Part shown: one piece after another, positions 10,299 to 19,821 of the stretch | Numbering within the stretch: the first letter of the stretch is position 1 | Layout of the letters: every line of letters begins with the position of its first letter | Assembly (NCBI GenBank): GCA_964641245.1 | Contig: CAZXML010000007.1 | Span: forward strand, 1-54,713 | Origin: an uncultured Gammaproteobacteria bacterium | Lineage (GTDB): Bacteria; Patescibacteriota; Patescibacteriia; Magasanikbacterales; GWA2-37-8 | Length of the DNA: 54,713 bases | Direction: 5' to 3' | Translations under genes and position numbers: made by a program | Notes under the pieces: generated by a model | Told to the model about the DNA's origin: nothing | Databases searched by the model: none | The model's input: only the letters and a program-made list of their open reading frames with translations

Positions 10299-13196
10299 TT
10301 ACTTCTTTTTCGGACCGAGGGTCGTGTGCATGGTCCAGTTGATGTCATCAACCTCGCGCCACAACCACTTCTGCACAGCGCTCTGTGGCTGGCCAGTCTT
10401 ACGGGCAAACCCGTGATGCCTGGGCTCAAACCCCTTGTCCGTCACAAAGCCAAGTTTGGCCAAGTTCTCTTCCGAACAGAAGCCCTTGGGCTTGTACGCA
10501 TGCAAAGTCTTCTGCGTAACAATTTCGACGACCGGAGGCAAACCTCCGCCCAAGTGGACAATCAAGTTGCCCATCATTGGCCGATAACCGAGCAACAGCT
10601 CATAGCCGGACGCATCCGCCCAAGAGCCGTTGACAAGAATGATCTTGCCGTTGATGATTTGAATCGAAGGAGAGTGGTAGTGAGCGGTAAGCATCACGTC
10701 CATGTCCTGAAAGAAATCACCGGTGCCGGAGAACAGCTGTCGCGCCGGATTAGTCTTGGCGCCACTGCCACCCTTGCCACCCTTTTCCAAAATATAGTGC
10801 TGAGCCAACACCCCATAGCCGGCAACTTGTTCCATCATCACCCAGCTATTCCAGTGCCCGCCCAGATTATTTTCCACCTTGTCATAGTACTTCACCGGAG
10901 CAGGAATCTTGTTATACTCCATGAAGTCCTGCAAGGTAGTAATCAAGAACTGGGAGTAAGCATCACCCGTCAACTTGTGGAATGAGTTCCACTCGTGATT
11001 GCCCGGGGTAATTCCCACTCTTTCCAAGTTCTTCCGAATAACTTCAATCGGCGCAGCTTTCAGGCTAGCCTTGATCATCCGCCGAACAAATTCCTGCTGA
11101 TCGTGCATACGCACCAAGCCCATACGCACGTTTTCGTTTGGCATCTCGGGATAATTGCGCCCCTGGATAATATCACCATCAAAAATGATGACCGTTTTTT
11201 CCTTGGGCATAATCTCGTGGAAAGTGTAGTCCATCATCATGGCCTGCAAATCCGATCGCGCCGTTACCGAACCGGTCTGCCAATCAGAGTACAAGACCAC
11301 AGCCACGCGTTCCGGCGAGATGTCCATCTTGTCGAGCAAGCGATTATTGTGCAATTCCATCAGATAACGTCCATCACCAGTGATAGTAATGGTCTGGGAA
11401 GAAGAGCTTGAGAGCTCTCCTCTGGTAGTCAGCACACGCCGACTCTTATCTTTCTGCACCTGGCTAACAGTTGAATCATCGTCAAGATGTGGCTCACGCA
11501 AACTACCATGCGAGACCACCAAAGTCTTGCCATCCAGAACACTGAAGCACTGCTCCTGATGTTCAATGGCAAAAACATCCGGCGATTCGTCAACGACAGT
11601 TTCCTGACCATTGACGACAACCTTCTTCTTCATGATCCCAGACGCGGCCAGTTGCCCCAAAATACTGCGGGCTTTGCCAACCGGATCTTGCTTCATGGCC
11701 GTAGGCGTCAAATTGAAATCGTGACGCTCCCACCACCGAATCGTCTTGCCATTAGCCAAACGAACAGTGGCGTTGAAATCGTTCGTCACCACCATGTCCA
11801 AAAATTCCCTGCCCGGCAACGGAATATTCTCCACCTGTAGCACCTGATTGTAAAACTGATCAGGCACCGCGGCTTTCAGCATTTCCGGCGTTACATCTTT
11901 CTGCTTCTTGAGCAGATCCACCAACACGGTGTAAGTGTCGAGGAGCATCAAGTACTCCTCCATCATTCGTCCACCATTCCGCTGAGCCACTTCTTCCGCG
12001 CTATACAGACGACGGCCACAACGCAACATATACTCAAACACGACGTGGGCTTGGAACCAATAGTGGAAATCCCATGCCTTATCCTGCTTGAGCTTGTCCA
12101 CTTGACCGAAGTTAAGCGAACGCTTGTCTGAATCAGACTGCGCTTCGCCCTTCTGCCAGTAATGCATAATCATCAGGCTGGTGACCGTGTGCATTTCCCA
12201 CAACTTCTGGTCATCATCGCCCGTGTTGTAGATCACCTTGGTCAGCCCCAGCTTCAGGCACCGATCCAAGATCATCTTGGCCACGGCAAACTGCTGATTA
12301 TCGCTCTTGATTGCCAGAGTTGGGCGGCGATTCTTTTCCTGATGCTGAAAACCGCCCTGAACAAGTCCGGAAATAACGAGCACATCCGGACGCTTTTCCT
12401 TGGCCATCTGCTCCAGCAAATGGAGTTCGCGCTCAATGAATTCAATATCCGTGTCCTTATTACCAATGAGCGCTTCCATCATCCCCTTGAAACTAAACTC
12501 GGATTTCTCCAAGTTAAGCTTAATCATCTTGACCAGATTGTTGGCGTGGTAGCGCTCATAAACACGCGCCGCATCAGCCAACGAACTAATAGTCCGATCC
12601 TTAGGCGCAATCATATTACCCGTAAAACGCTGGGCAATAAACGTGCTCTTGAGCGAATCAAAATCCAAACGCCCCTTCTTGCCTTCGGTGAGTCTCTTTT
12701 TTTTGCCAAGTTTCACCAAGCCGGCCTGCACAAAACAACTGATTGCAGGATCAAGGATTTCCACCGGCAAACCAACTTCGCTGTCATACTCTTCAAGCAG
12801 TTCATCGTTAAGATACACTGGATCATCGCCAGACAAAAGGCCAGTCAAAAACTCGCCGACCTTGTCAAAGTACTTGGGATCAAGCCAAGTCACCAGCTCT
12901 TGCGCCGTATAGCGAAAACGATTCTTGTTCTTACTAACGTTGCGCGCCAGCAAGATAGCTTCACTGTTTCGGCTTGTCAACGATGCAACTCGCGCCGACT
13001 CAATCAGCGGAGCAATTGCCCACTGAACCTTGGCCATATCCAGACCGAGTTCCTTCATCAGAATTGGGAATGTCAGAACTACGTACTTGCCATCACCTCG
13101 TCCATACAGGTCGAGGATCTTGGCTGCGAGCTCCTTAAGCTTGCCATTGGAATTGACTACCGGTCGCTTACGGCCATTCTTCTTCGTGTCCGTCAT
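10299..13196 (-). CDS. Large protein with tandem calcineurin-like metallophosphoesterase domains and a possible N-terminal wHTH
   Basis: C-terminal domain: SDWQTG, FDGDIIQG, PGNHE, QHY, AHYH; degenerate first copy: PDVLVISGLVQG, YNTGDDD; visibly GC-richer than its neighbours. Confidence 0.7.
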   Translation of the reverse strand: MTDTKKNGRKRPVVNSNGKLKELAAKILDLYGRGDGKYVVLTFPILMKELGLDMAKVQWAIAPLIESARVASLTSRNSEAILLARNVSKNKNRFRYTAQELVTWLDPKYFDKVGEFLTGLLSGDDPVYLNDELLEEYDSEVGLPVEILDPAISCFVQAGLVKLGKKKRLTEGKKGRLDFDSLKSTFIAQRFTGNMIAPKDRTISSLADAARVYERYHANNLVKMIKLNLEKSEFSFKGMMEALIGNKDTDIEFIERELHLLEQMAKEKRPDVLVISGLVQGGFQHQEKNRRPTLAIKSDNQQFAVAKMILDRCLKLGLTKVIYNTGDDDQKLWEMHTVTSLMIMHYWQKGEAQSDSDKRSLNFGQVDKLKQDKAWDFHYWFQAHVVFEYMLRCGRRLYSAEEVAQRNGGRMMEEYLMLLDTYTVLVDLLKKQKDVTPEMLKAAVPDQFYNQVLQVENIPLPGREFLDMVVTNDFNATVRLANGKTIRWWERHDFNLTPTAMKQDPVGKARSILGQLAASGIMKKKVVVNGQETVVDESPDVFAIEHQEQCFSVLDGKTLVVSHGSLREPHLDDDSTVSQVQKDKSRRVLTTRGELSSSSSQTITITGDGRYLMELHNNRLLDKMDISPERVAVVLYSDWQTGSVTARSDLQAMMMDYTFHEIMPKEKTVIIFDGDIIQGRNYPEMPNENVRMGLVRMHDQQEFVRRMIKASLKAAPIEVIRKNLERVGITPGNHEWNSFHKLTGDAYSQFLITTLQDFMEYNKIPAPVKYYDKVENNLGGHWNSWVMMEQVAGYGVLAQHYILEKGGKGGSGAKTNPARQLFSGTGDFFQDMDVMLTAHYHSPSIQIINGKIILVNGSWADASGYELLLGYRPMMGNLIVHLGGGLPPVVEIVTQKTLHAYKPKGFCSEENLAKLGFVTDKGFEPRHHGFARKTGQPQSAVQKWLWREVDDINWTMHTTLGPKKK

Positions 13197-13443
13197 GATC
13201 GCACAAACCTTTCTTGTTTTTTGTCGCGTTTGTTGTTGGTTAAATTGTCAAAGAGCGGTCGCGTCGCTCTTGTTCTGTCTGCCTCGCAATTTCACACCTC
13301 AAAATTAAGGCGGAAATTCTAAATTTATACTAACACAGCAATTTTTGCACCGCAATAGCTAAAAAAAATCAAAGCTCTTTCCTTTTCTACCCTCTGATGT
13401 TACAATCGGAGGGTAAAGTTTTTATTAAACAACAAACTATCGG

Positions 13444-13474
13444 ACCGTAGTCTGTAGTCCGTGGTCCGTAGTCC
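13444..13474. repeat. Heptamer tandem repeat (GTCCGTA-like) upstream of rlmH
   Basis: ACCGTAGTCTGTAGTCCGTGGTCCGTAGTCC. Confidence 0.7.
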
Positions 13475-13480
13475 AATTAT

Positions 13481-13960
13481 ATGTTGCACATAAATTTAAT
13501 CAGCCTGGGGAAATTAAAAGAGAAACATTGGCAATCGGCCGAGGCGGAATACCTAAAGCGTCTGGGCGCATGGGCAAAAATTAATATTGTGGAATTAAAA
13601 GAAGAATCTTTTACCGAAAAAGATCCGCTGGAGTTTGTAAAACAAAAAGAGGCGGCAAAAATTAAAGATGCTCTGTCCAAAATTTCCGATTCGTATGTTA
13701 TTGTTTTAGATGAACACGGCAAACAATTTTCTTCGGTAAATTTTGCCAAAAAAATAAACGAATTAACTAATCAACAAATAAACAATTTAACATTCATCAT
13801 CGGCGGACCGCTTGGCCTGGATGAATCCGTTTTAAAAATCGCCAATCTAAAACTTTCCTTATCCGACATGACATTCACCCACCAAATGGCGCGCGTCTTT
13901 TTATGGGAACAAGTCTACCGCTCCATGACCATAAGTTTAGGGAAAAAATACCATTACTAA
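13481..13960 (+). CDS. rlmH: 23S rRNA pseudouridine-1915 N3-methyltransferase
   Basis: LDEHGKQFSS, FIIGGPLGL, LSLSDMTFTHQMARV..EQVYR, KKYHY. Confidence 0.95.
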   Translation: MLHINLISLGKLKEKHWQSAEAEYLKRLGAWAKINIVELKEESFTEKDPLEFVKQKEAAKIKDALSKISDSYVIVLDEHGKQFSSVNFAKKINELTNQQINNLTFIIGGPLGLDESVLKIANLKLSLSDMTFTHQMARVFLWEQVYRSMTISLGKKYHY

Positions 13961-14003
13961 CTGCCATCCCTTTTCATCCACTGTCATCCCGAACTTCTCA
14001 AAC

Positions 14004-14084
14004 TGTCATTCTGAGCACAGCGAAGAATCTCTGTCTTGTTCGAAAAACGACAGACAGAGATCCTTCATTTCATTCAGGATGACA
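14004..14084. repeat. Palindromic element family B, intergenic, preceded by partial ends
   Basis: TGTCATTCTGAGCACAGCGAAGAATCT...AGATCCTTCATTTCATTCAGGATGACA. Confidence 0.9.
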
Positions 14085-14143
14085 ACAAAAATGACGACCG
14101 TGTTATTTACAACAGATGATTTGTTCTGTAAACTATCAATATT

Positions 14144-15121
14144 ATGAAAAGAGTTTTCTCCGGCGTTCAGCCGACAAACAATTTACATCTTGGCAACTAT
14201 CTTGGCGCCATAAAAAACTGGATTGAATTACAAAAACAATTTGATGATTGTTTTTATTGCGTAGTAGATTTACACGCCATCACTGTAAAGCAAGAACCGG
14301 CTGTTTTGCGTCAAAATGTTTTAAACGTGGCCAAAACTTATCTGGCGTTGGGAATAGACCCCGCCAAATCTACCATTTTCGTGCAATCGCATGTTTCCCA
14401 GCATACCGAACTGGCCTGGATTTTAAACACTTTGGCCAAACAAGCCGAACTGGAACGCATGACTCAATTTAAAGACAAAGCCAAACAACACAAAGAAAAT
14501 ATCAATATGGGTTTGTTTGCTTATCCGGTTCTAATGGCCGCGGATATTCTTTTATATGACACCGAAGTTGTGCCCGTAGGCGAAGATCAGAAACAGCACA
14601 TTGAACTAGCCAGAGATTTGGCCGCCCGTTTTAACTCTGCCTATGGAAAAACTTTTGTAGAACCGGAACCGTTAATAAAAAAAGAAGGCGCGCGCATAAT
14701 GGGCCTGGATGATGCCGGTAAAAAAATGAGCAAAAGCGCCACCAGTCCGAACAATTATATTGCTTTGTTGGATAGCGTGGAAGTAGCCGCCAAAAAAATA
14801 TCCCGCGCCGTTACCGATTCCGGCAGTACCATAAAATCCGGCGCCGACAAACCCGCTCTCACCAATCTGCTTACTATATATTCCCTACTTTCCGGCAAAA
14901 GTGTGAAGGAAATAGAGAAAAGTTATGCAGGCAAACAATATTCCGATTTCAAAAAAGGTTTAACCGAAGTTGTCACCGCTTTCCTGTCAGATTTCCAAAC
15001 TAAATTTAACGCCTTGGATGATAATAAAGTAAAAGCAATTTTGGAAGACGGAAATAAAAAAGCAGGCGCAATCGCTCAAGCAAAAATGGAAGATGTTAAA
15101 ACAAAAATGGGACTGCTGTAA
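14144..15121 (+). CDS. trpS: Tryptophan--tRNA ligase
   Basis: SGVQPT, HLGNYLGA, YPVLMAADIL, VPVGEDQ, KMSKS. Confidence 0.98.
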   Translation: MKRVFSGVQPTNNLHLGNYLGAIKNWIELQKQFDDCFYCVVDLHAITVKQEPAVLRQNVLNVAKTYLALGIDPAKSTIFVQSHVSQHTELAWILNTLAKQAELERMTQFKDKAKQHKENINMGLFAYPVLMAADILLYDTEVVPVGEDQKQHIELARDLAARFNSAYGKTFVEPEPLIKKEGARIMGLDDAGKKMSKSATSPNNYIALLDSVEVAAKKISRAVTDSGSTIKSGADKPALTNLLTIYSLLSGKSVKEIEKSYAGKQYSDFKKGLTEVVTAFLSDFQTKFNALDDNKVKAILEDGNKKAGAIAQAKMEDVKTKMGLL

Positions 15122-15133
15122 CACTTTCCCAAT

Positions 15134-15211
15134 TGTCATTCTGAGCAAAGCGAAGAATCTCTGTCCGTTCGGCGATTGAGACAGAGATCCTTCACTGCGT
15201 TCAGGATGACA
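15134..15211. repeat. Palindromic element family B, intergenic
   Basis: TGTCATTCTGAGCAAAGCGAAGAATCTCTGTCCGTTCGGCGATTGAGACAGAGATCC...GGATGACA. Confidence 0.92.
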
Positions 15212-15242
15212 ACAAAAAAATAACTAACTAATTATATATCGT

Positions 15243-15644
15243 ATGGACAACCAACCATCATCAAAAAGCAAAACTATCAAAAGCATCTACTTCTACCTCG
15301 TATCGTTTGTCGCTTTAATGATGGTGGTATTTTCTACCGCCGACGTTATAAACATCGCTTTAAAAACTTGGGTGTTTACCGCCGCCGATAAAGATATGTA
15401 CAGCTACCCTAAAGCTGCCTGCGAAATACCAACACCAGTTATGCCACCGGACGTAAAATCCGTGCCGGCCACAACCAAAGAAGATTGCTTAAGACAAAAT
15501 GATGAAAATATTAAACAGCAGGAACTTAGCCGGACAGCGCAAAAACAGCGCGATGTTGTCCGTGATCTCTCTATGATTGTCGTGGGTATTCCTCTCTTCC
15601 TAATTCACTGGAACATTTTGAGAAAGAAAGAAGAAGACCTGTAG
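15243..15644 (+). CDS. Two-TM hypothetical membrane protein (DUF5671-like)
   Basis: IYFYLVSFVAL N-terminal TM and IVVGIPLFLIHW C-terminal TM. Confidence 0.7.
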   Translation: MDNQPSSKSKTIKSIYFYLVSFVALMMVVFSTADVINIALKTWVFTAADKDMYSYPKAACEIPTPVMPPDVKSVPATTKEDCLRQNDENIKQQELSRTAQKQRDVVRDLSMIVVGIPLFLIHWNILRKKEEDL

Positions 15645-15654
15645 AATATATAAT

Positions 15655-15682
15655 AAAAAAGTCCGCCTAGGCGGACTTTTTT
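15655..15682. terminator. Bidirectional terminator
   Basis: AAAAAAGTCCGCCTAGGCGGACTTTTTT. Confidence 0.85.
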
Positions 15683-15686
15683 AGAT

Positions 15687-16916
15687 TTATTTCAGTATTT
15701 CGGATATTTTTACCATCTCCGCGTCTTTTTTATTTCTCTCCTTCACCTCCACCGAATCATCAGCCAATGTTTTTTTAGAAATAACCATTCTTGTCGGAAT
15801 CCCAATCAAATCCGCGTCGGCCAGTTTGGCTCCGGCGCTGGCGTCGCGGTCATCCCACAAAACTTCTACACATTTTTCGGTTAATTGGTTATGTAATTTT
15901 TCGGCCGCCTGTTTTACATTGTCATCATCTCCCAGCGAAACCAAATGCACCGCAAACGGCGCCACGGATTTTGGCCAGATGATTCCTTTGTCATCGTGGA
16001 AAACTTCTACCAGCGTGCCCATAATACGCGACGGGCCCATGCCATAGCAACCCATCTCTATGGGTTTGTCTTTTCCATCGCTATCTTTAAAAACAAATTC
16101 AAATGGTTTGGAATACTTAATTCCCAATTTAAAAATATTACCAACTTCAATTGCTTTTCGTTCTTCTAATTTTTTATTACCACATTCCGGACAGGCATTT
16201 TTTAAATCAACAATAATTTCTTTGTTTACGGCCACATTGCATTTTTCACACCAAAATATTGTATCCTCGCCCACCTCGGAAAAAGTTTGAAATTCGTGTG
16301 AGTATTTACTAAATACTCCGCCGGAAGCATATGTCAAAACTGTAATATCATCAATTCCCAATCTGCCATAAATTTTAAAATATGCCGTCTTTACTTTTTC
16401 ATAATACTCATCCAGGCTCTCTTGAGAAACATGAAAAGAATACATGTCTTTCATACTAAATTCACGGCCGCGAAGCAACCCGGACTTAGCGCGAGGTTCG
16501 TTGCGAAATTTATTTTGAAACTGATAAACCGCCACCGGCAAATCACGATAAGAAAAAGTATACTTTTGCACCAAAGGAGTTACCACCTCTTCATGGGTAG
16601 GATTGAGAACCAGTTCAGATTCATCTCTGCCTTTTAAATGAAACAAAATGTCCATTTTATCCCGGCCGGTTAGCTTATAGCTTGCTTCCTGCGTCATCGC
16701 CGGCATCAAAATCTCATTCCCGCCCACCGCGTTCATTTCTTCGCGGATTATATTTTGAATTTTGGTTAACACGCGCAACCCTAACGGCAGGTAATTATAA
16801 ACACCGGCCATCTGCTTGGCCACAAATCCGCCCTGCGTGAGCAGTTTGGCATTGGCGCTATCCGCATCCGCCTGCACGCTTTTGCTAGTTTTACCGAAAA
16901 GGTTGGAGTATTTCAT
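15687..16916 (-). CDS. proS: Proline--tRNA ligase, short form without the editing domain
   Basis: LNPTHEE, FRNEPRAKSGLLRGREFSMKDMYSF, IEVGNIFKLG, MGCYGMGPSR. Confidence 0.96.
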   Translation of the reverse strand: MKYSNLFGKTSKSVQADADSANAKLLTQGGFVAKQMAGVYNYLPLGLRVLTKIQNIIREEMNAVGGNEILMPAMTQEASYKLTGRDKMDILFHLKGRDESELVLNPTHEEVVTPLVQKYTFSYRDLPVAVYQFQNKFRNEPRAKSGLLRGREFSMKDMYSFHVSQESLDEYYEKVKTAYFKIYGRLGIDDITVLTYASGGVFSKYSHEFQTFSEVGEDTIFWCEKCNVAVNKEIIVDLKNACPECGNKKLEERKAIEVGNIFKLGIKYSKPFEFVFKDSDGKDKPIEMGCYGMGPSRIMGTLVEVFHDDKGIIWPKSVAPFAVHLVSLGDDDNVKQAAEKLHNQLTEKCVEVLWDDRDASAGAKLADADLIGIPTRMVISKKTLADDSVEVKERNKKDAEMVKISEILK

Positions 16917-16931
16917 AAGATTGTCGTCCAT

Positions 16932-16958
16932 TGTCATCCTGAACTAGTTTCAGGATCT
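16932..16958. repeat. Half copy of family A element upstream of proS
   Basis: TGTCATCCTGAACTAGTTTCAGGATCT. Confidence 0.8.
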
Positions 16959-16989
16959 AATAATAATGTGGTAATTCTAGCATTTGTTT

Positions 16990-17455
16990 TTATTCCACGC
17001 AACTTTCTTCCGCCTTTTGGACAGGCAAACCGGTCTTTTGTTACTTCTTTAGAAGAAGTAACCAAGAAGCGCTCGCGGTGGAAAGCTTCAGAAAATTTAG
17101 GACTCGTTTTCGTTAATTTCCAAAACTCGCCAATTTTTTGTGAGCAAAAAACCGTCTCAAACATTGGAAATTTCCTGCGAAGGACCACTCAAACTCGCCT
17201 CTAAATTTAACTTCACCTTATCCAATGCTCGCATCGACACCGACGGACAATGGACAACGGTGGACGTTCGCCGTCCGAGCGTTTGAAACGGACAGTTTAA
17301 TTTGGAGACAAGGCGGAGTGATGCCGCAGGCAAATTTTCATCTTAGCGAAGCGATTATGAAAATTAACGACAACGAGTCCCAAATTATCTGGACGTTTCA
17401 TCAGCTCGGCAATTTTGGGCTCCACCTTTTGTTTGCACAAAAGGTGGAAAGTAGG
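16990..17455. other. Highly structured non-coding region (candidate ncRNA or non-autonomous element)
   Basis: Multiple nested stems, described under findings; only short, unconvincing ORFs. Confidence 0.5.
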
Positions 17456-17484
17456 TTGACAAAACCCAAAAATTATTATATTCT
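17456..17484 (+). promoter_or_regulatory. tRNA promoter
   Basis: TTGACA-17-TATTCT. Confidence 0.6.
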
Positions 17485-17507
17485 TAACTTTACTTAAACA
17501 CCTACCT

Positions 17508-17579
17508 TCTCGGGTAGTTGAGCGGTACAACGCCACGCTGTTAACGTGGATTTCGCTGGTTCGATCCCAGCCCCGAGAG
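17508..17579 (+). tRNA. tRNA-Asn(GTT); CCA not encoded
   Basis: Acceptor TCTCGGG/CCCGAGA + G73; D-stem GTTG/CAAC; anticodon arm CCACG-CTGTTAA-CGTGG; T arm GCTGG-TTCGATC-CCAGC. Confidence 0.96.
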
Positions 17580-17586
17580 CAATAAC

Positions 17587-17611
17587 AAAAATCGCCTCTA
17601 CGGCGATTTTT
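17587..17611 (+). terminator. Terminator after tRNA-Asn
   Basis: AAAAATCGCC-TCTAC-GGCGATTTTT. Confidence 0.8.
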
Positions 17612-17742
17612 ATTTTGAGTTTACACCTTTAAACTTCGCTGATAACATCAAACCCTTTGAAACTTCCCGAGTTTAGTTTTTTCAAATACCGTCTGTTGAC
17701 TGTCAATAGTCAACAGTCAATGAGTAGGGTTGGTTGAGCGGA

Positions 17743-18576
17743 TTAAACCCGCGGAATCCCCGGCACAATCTTCTTCGCGGCTTCATAAACTCCGCCGGCA
17801 ATTTTAACTTTGCCGAAGGCCAGGAAAAATAGGCTTAGAGAGGCGTAAAAGAAAAAGTGACTTAAATACATTATTTGATAAAGAGGAAAACCAAACTTGG
17901 CTTCCAACAATTCATAAAAAATATAAGGCGCCGTGGATAACATTATTAAAATAATGGAGACTGAAATATATTTAACGAAGGCGGTGGAAATCCCCACGTG
18001 CTTTCCAATCCGGCCGATTTTTTTTAAGGCTACCAGCCCGAAGAAGATTACCATCGCCATATACACATAAGGCGCCGGATTGTCCAGCTCCAGCGATACC
18101 AAATCTTTTTTTGTCTCAAAAACAAAAATTAAAATAATAAAGGCGGCAATCAGGCCAATTAAAACATTTATTTGCGTCAATGAACGGCTATCACGAATTC
18201 TTAAAAAAGCCTCGGCTCCGATTATTATCAGCATCAGGCTGATTAAATAAAAATTGGTAGTATTAACCAATACTGAATCAGAATAATTAACAAAAGCCCC
18301 CATACTCATGCTAAAATATTCTACTATGTGCGAAAGGGCAAAAACAAAAAGCGCGGCCAGGCTGGTGAGAAAAAATTTTTCCAATATTGGGTCGTAAGAA
18401 TAATATCGCACAAAAATTCTTACAACCGATAAAGCAATGAACAAAATAGCGATAATATGAATTATGCCAAACTTAAAAAACAACTGCCCGGTAATTTCCG
18501 CCACCGCGATAACCGCAATGTTGGCCAGAAATAACGTAATCGGACTTAAACGACTTTCAATTTTTACTTTGTCCAT
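17743..18576 (-). CDS. Polytopic membrane protein (about 7-8 TM)
   Basis: Repeated hydrophobic segments; start taken at MDKVK. Confidence 0.75.
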   Translation of the reverse strand: MDKVKIESRLSPITLFLANIAVIAVAEITGQLFFKFGIIHIIAILFIALSVVRIFVRYYSYDPILEKFFLTSLAALFVFALSHIVEYFSMSMGAFVNYSDSVLVNTTNFYLISLMLIIIGAEAFLRIRDSRSLTQINVLIGLIAAFIILIFVFETKKDLVSLELDNPAPYVYMAMVIFFGLVALKKIGRIGKHVGISTAFVKYISVSIILIMLSTAPYIFYELLEAKFGFPLYQIMYLSHFFFYASLSLFFLAFGKVKIAGGVYEAAKKIVPGIPRV

Positions 18577-18752
18577 ATGGTTTTGATTTAACGAAATCAC
18601 ATCGCGTAGCGTCCCTTGGAACGTAACGCTGTAAGTATTAACGTATTTATTATATCATTAAATCAATTACGGACAAAAGACCCGTTATTTGCTCTTTTTT
18701 GCCATGTGCTATAAAATTCATAGCAAAGATAACCGGTAACATCATCAATCAT

Positions 18753-19343
18753 ATGTCCCCTGAAGGAAAAGGCCCGAGACAATTTACCCCTGAACAAAAA
18801 AATCCGGTGATCAAAACAGCAGATCAATTAAAAGAAGAATTACTTTCAGATAACATTCTGGGCATTATTAAACAAATTATTAAGCAAAAAAATCCCGGCA
18901 TCCAAGATGCCGACCAAGATGATATTGCTCAAAAAGTTCGAATTGATGTGCTTAGGAACATTGAAAACGGAAATTTTGACGGAAGCAGGGCAGATTTAAA
19001 GACCTATTTATACCGCGCCGTTACCAACAAAGCTATATCATTTAGCAAACAAAAGCAAAAGCATTTTAATCGCGAGTTTGAGTTGGATGAACTTAAATCT
19101 GGTGATACAAAAACTATAAATGAAATAGAAGGTTGGATAAACACCGAATACGTACGAAAAATGATACCGCAATTGCCGCCCCGAATGCGTCAAATCGTAG
19201 AGCTCAAATTAAAAGAGCGTAAGGAAGACTATATAGCCAACAAATTGGGCATTACGGTCGGTACAGTAAAAAGTATGTTTTTTAAGGCCCTAAAAAGGCT
19301 GCGGGAAATAATCACCAAAGATAAAAAAAATAACCCCGACTAA
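18753..19343 (+). CDS. ECF-type sigma-70 factor
   Basis: DADQDDIAQ, FDGSRADLKTYLYR..NK (region 2); LPPRMRQIV..IANKLGITVGTVKS (region 4). Confidence 0.85.
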   Translation: MSPEGKGPRQFTPEQKNPVIKTADQLKEELLSDNILGIIKQIIKQKNPGIQDADQDDIAQKVRIDVLRNIENGNFDGSRADLKTYLYRAVTNKAISFSKQKQKHFNREFELDELKSGDTKTINEIEGWINTEYVRKMIPQLPPRMRQIVELKLKERKEDYIANKLGITVGTVKSMFFKALKRLREIITKDKKNNPD

Positions 19344-19359
19344 ATCGGGATTATTTTTT
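19323..19359. terminator. Bidirectional terminator overlapping the sigma-factor stop
   Basis: AAAAAAAATAACCCCGACTAAATCGGGATTATTTTTT. Confidence 0.7.
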
Positions 19360-19366
19360 ATTTTTA

Positions 19367-19729
19367 TTACGCGTTCTTCTCCGCAATATCGCCAATAACC
19401 GGCAGTTTATATTTTTGTCCCTGATACGCTTTTACCAAAAGGAACACAACTAATATAAGCGATGCCAGACTAACGAATGACCGCAACATATACGAACTGG
19501 GCAGAAAACTAACAATGTAGGTAAGGATATATACGGCCAGCGAAACCATAATGGACTGTAGGGCATGAAACCTGGCGAATTTATCTTTGGAAATTAAATA
19601 AACAATGATGCCGCTCACAAAACCCAGAACATAAGCAAGCGCGCCGAGAACATTCGGCTGTAAACCGCCTGATTGTCCGCTTGGCTGATTACCGGGCTGA
19701 CCAACAGGCTGACCACTGGGTGTATCCAT
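19367..19729 (-). CDS. DUF4870/Tic20-like membrane protein
   Basis: ALAYVLGFVSG, FARFHALQS, KAYQGQKYKLPVIGDIAE. Confidence 0.85.
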   Translation of the reverse strand: MDTPSGQPVGQPGNQPSGQSGGLQPNVLGALAYVLGFVSGIIVYLISKDKFARFHALQSIMVSLAVYILTYIVSFLPSSYMLRSFVSLASLILVVFLLVKAYQGQKYKLPVIGDIAEKNA

Positions 19730-19821
19730 ATATATAAGATTAAGAATAATACATGATTAAATTATATATCATATTAAAGTTTTTTTCCACCCTAGATGAG
19801 ATTTTGAGAAAATGATATGCT

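Noticed and set aside
12162..13322. 386-aa plus-strand ORF and other antisense ORFs over the 965-aa gene
   Set aside because: Antisense shadows of a GC-richer gene; no motifs
16934..17536. Short ORFs and a T-box upstream of proS
   Set aside because: The ORFs overlap structured DNA or the tRNA and lack motifs; no T-box consensus found on the minus strand
18600..18630. ATCGCGTAGCGTCCCTTGGAACG as another repeat family
   Set aside because: Single copy in the window; cannot be supported here
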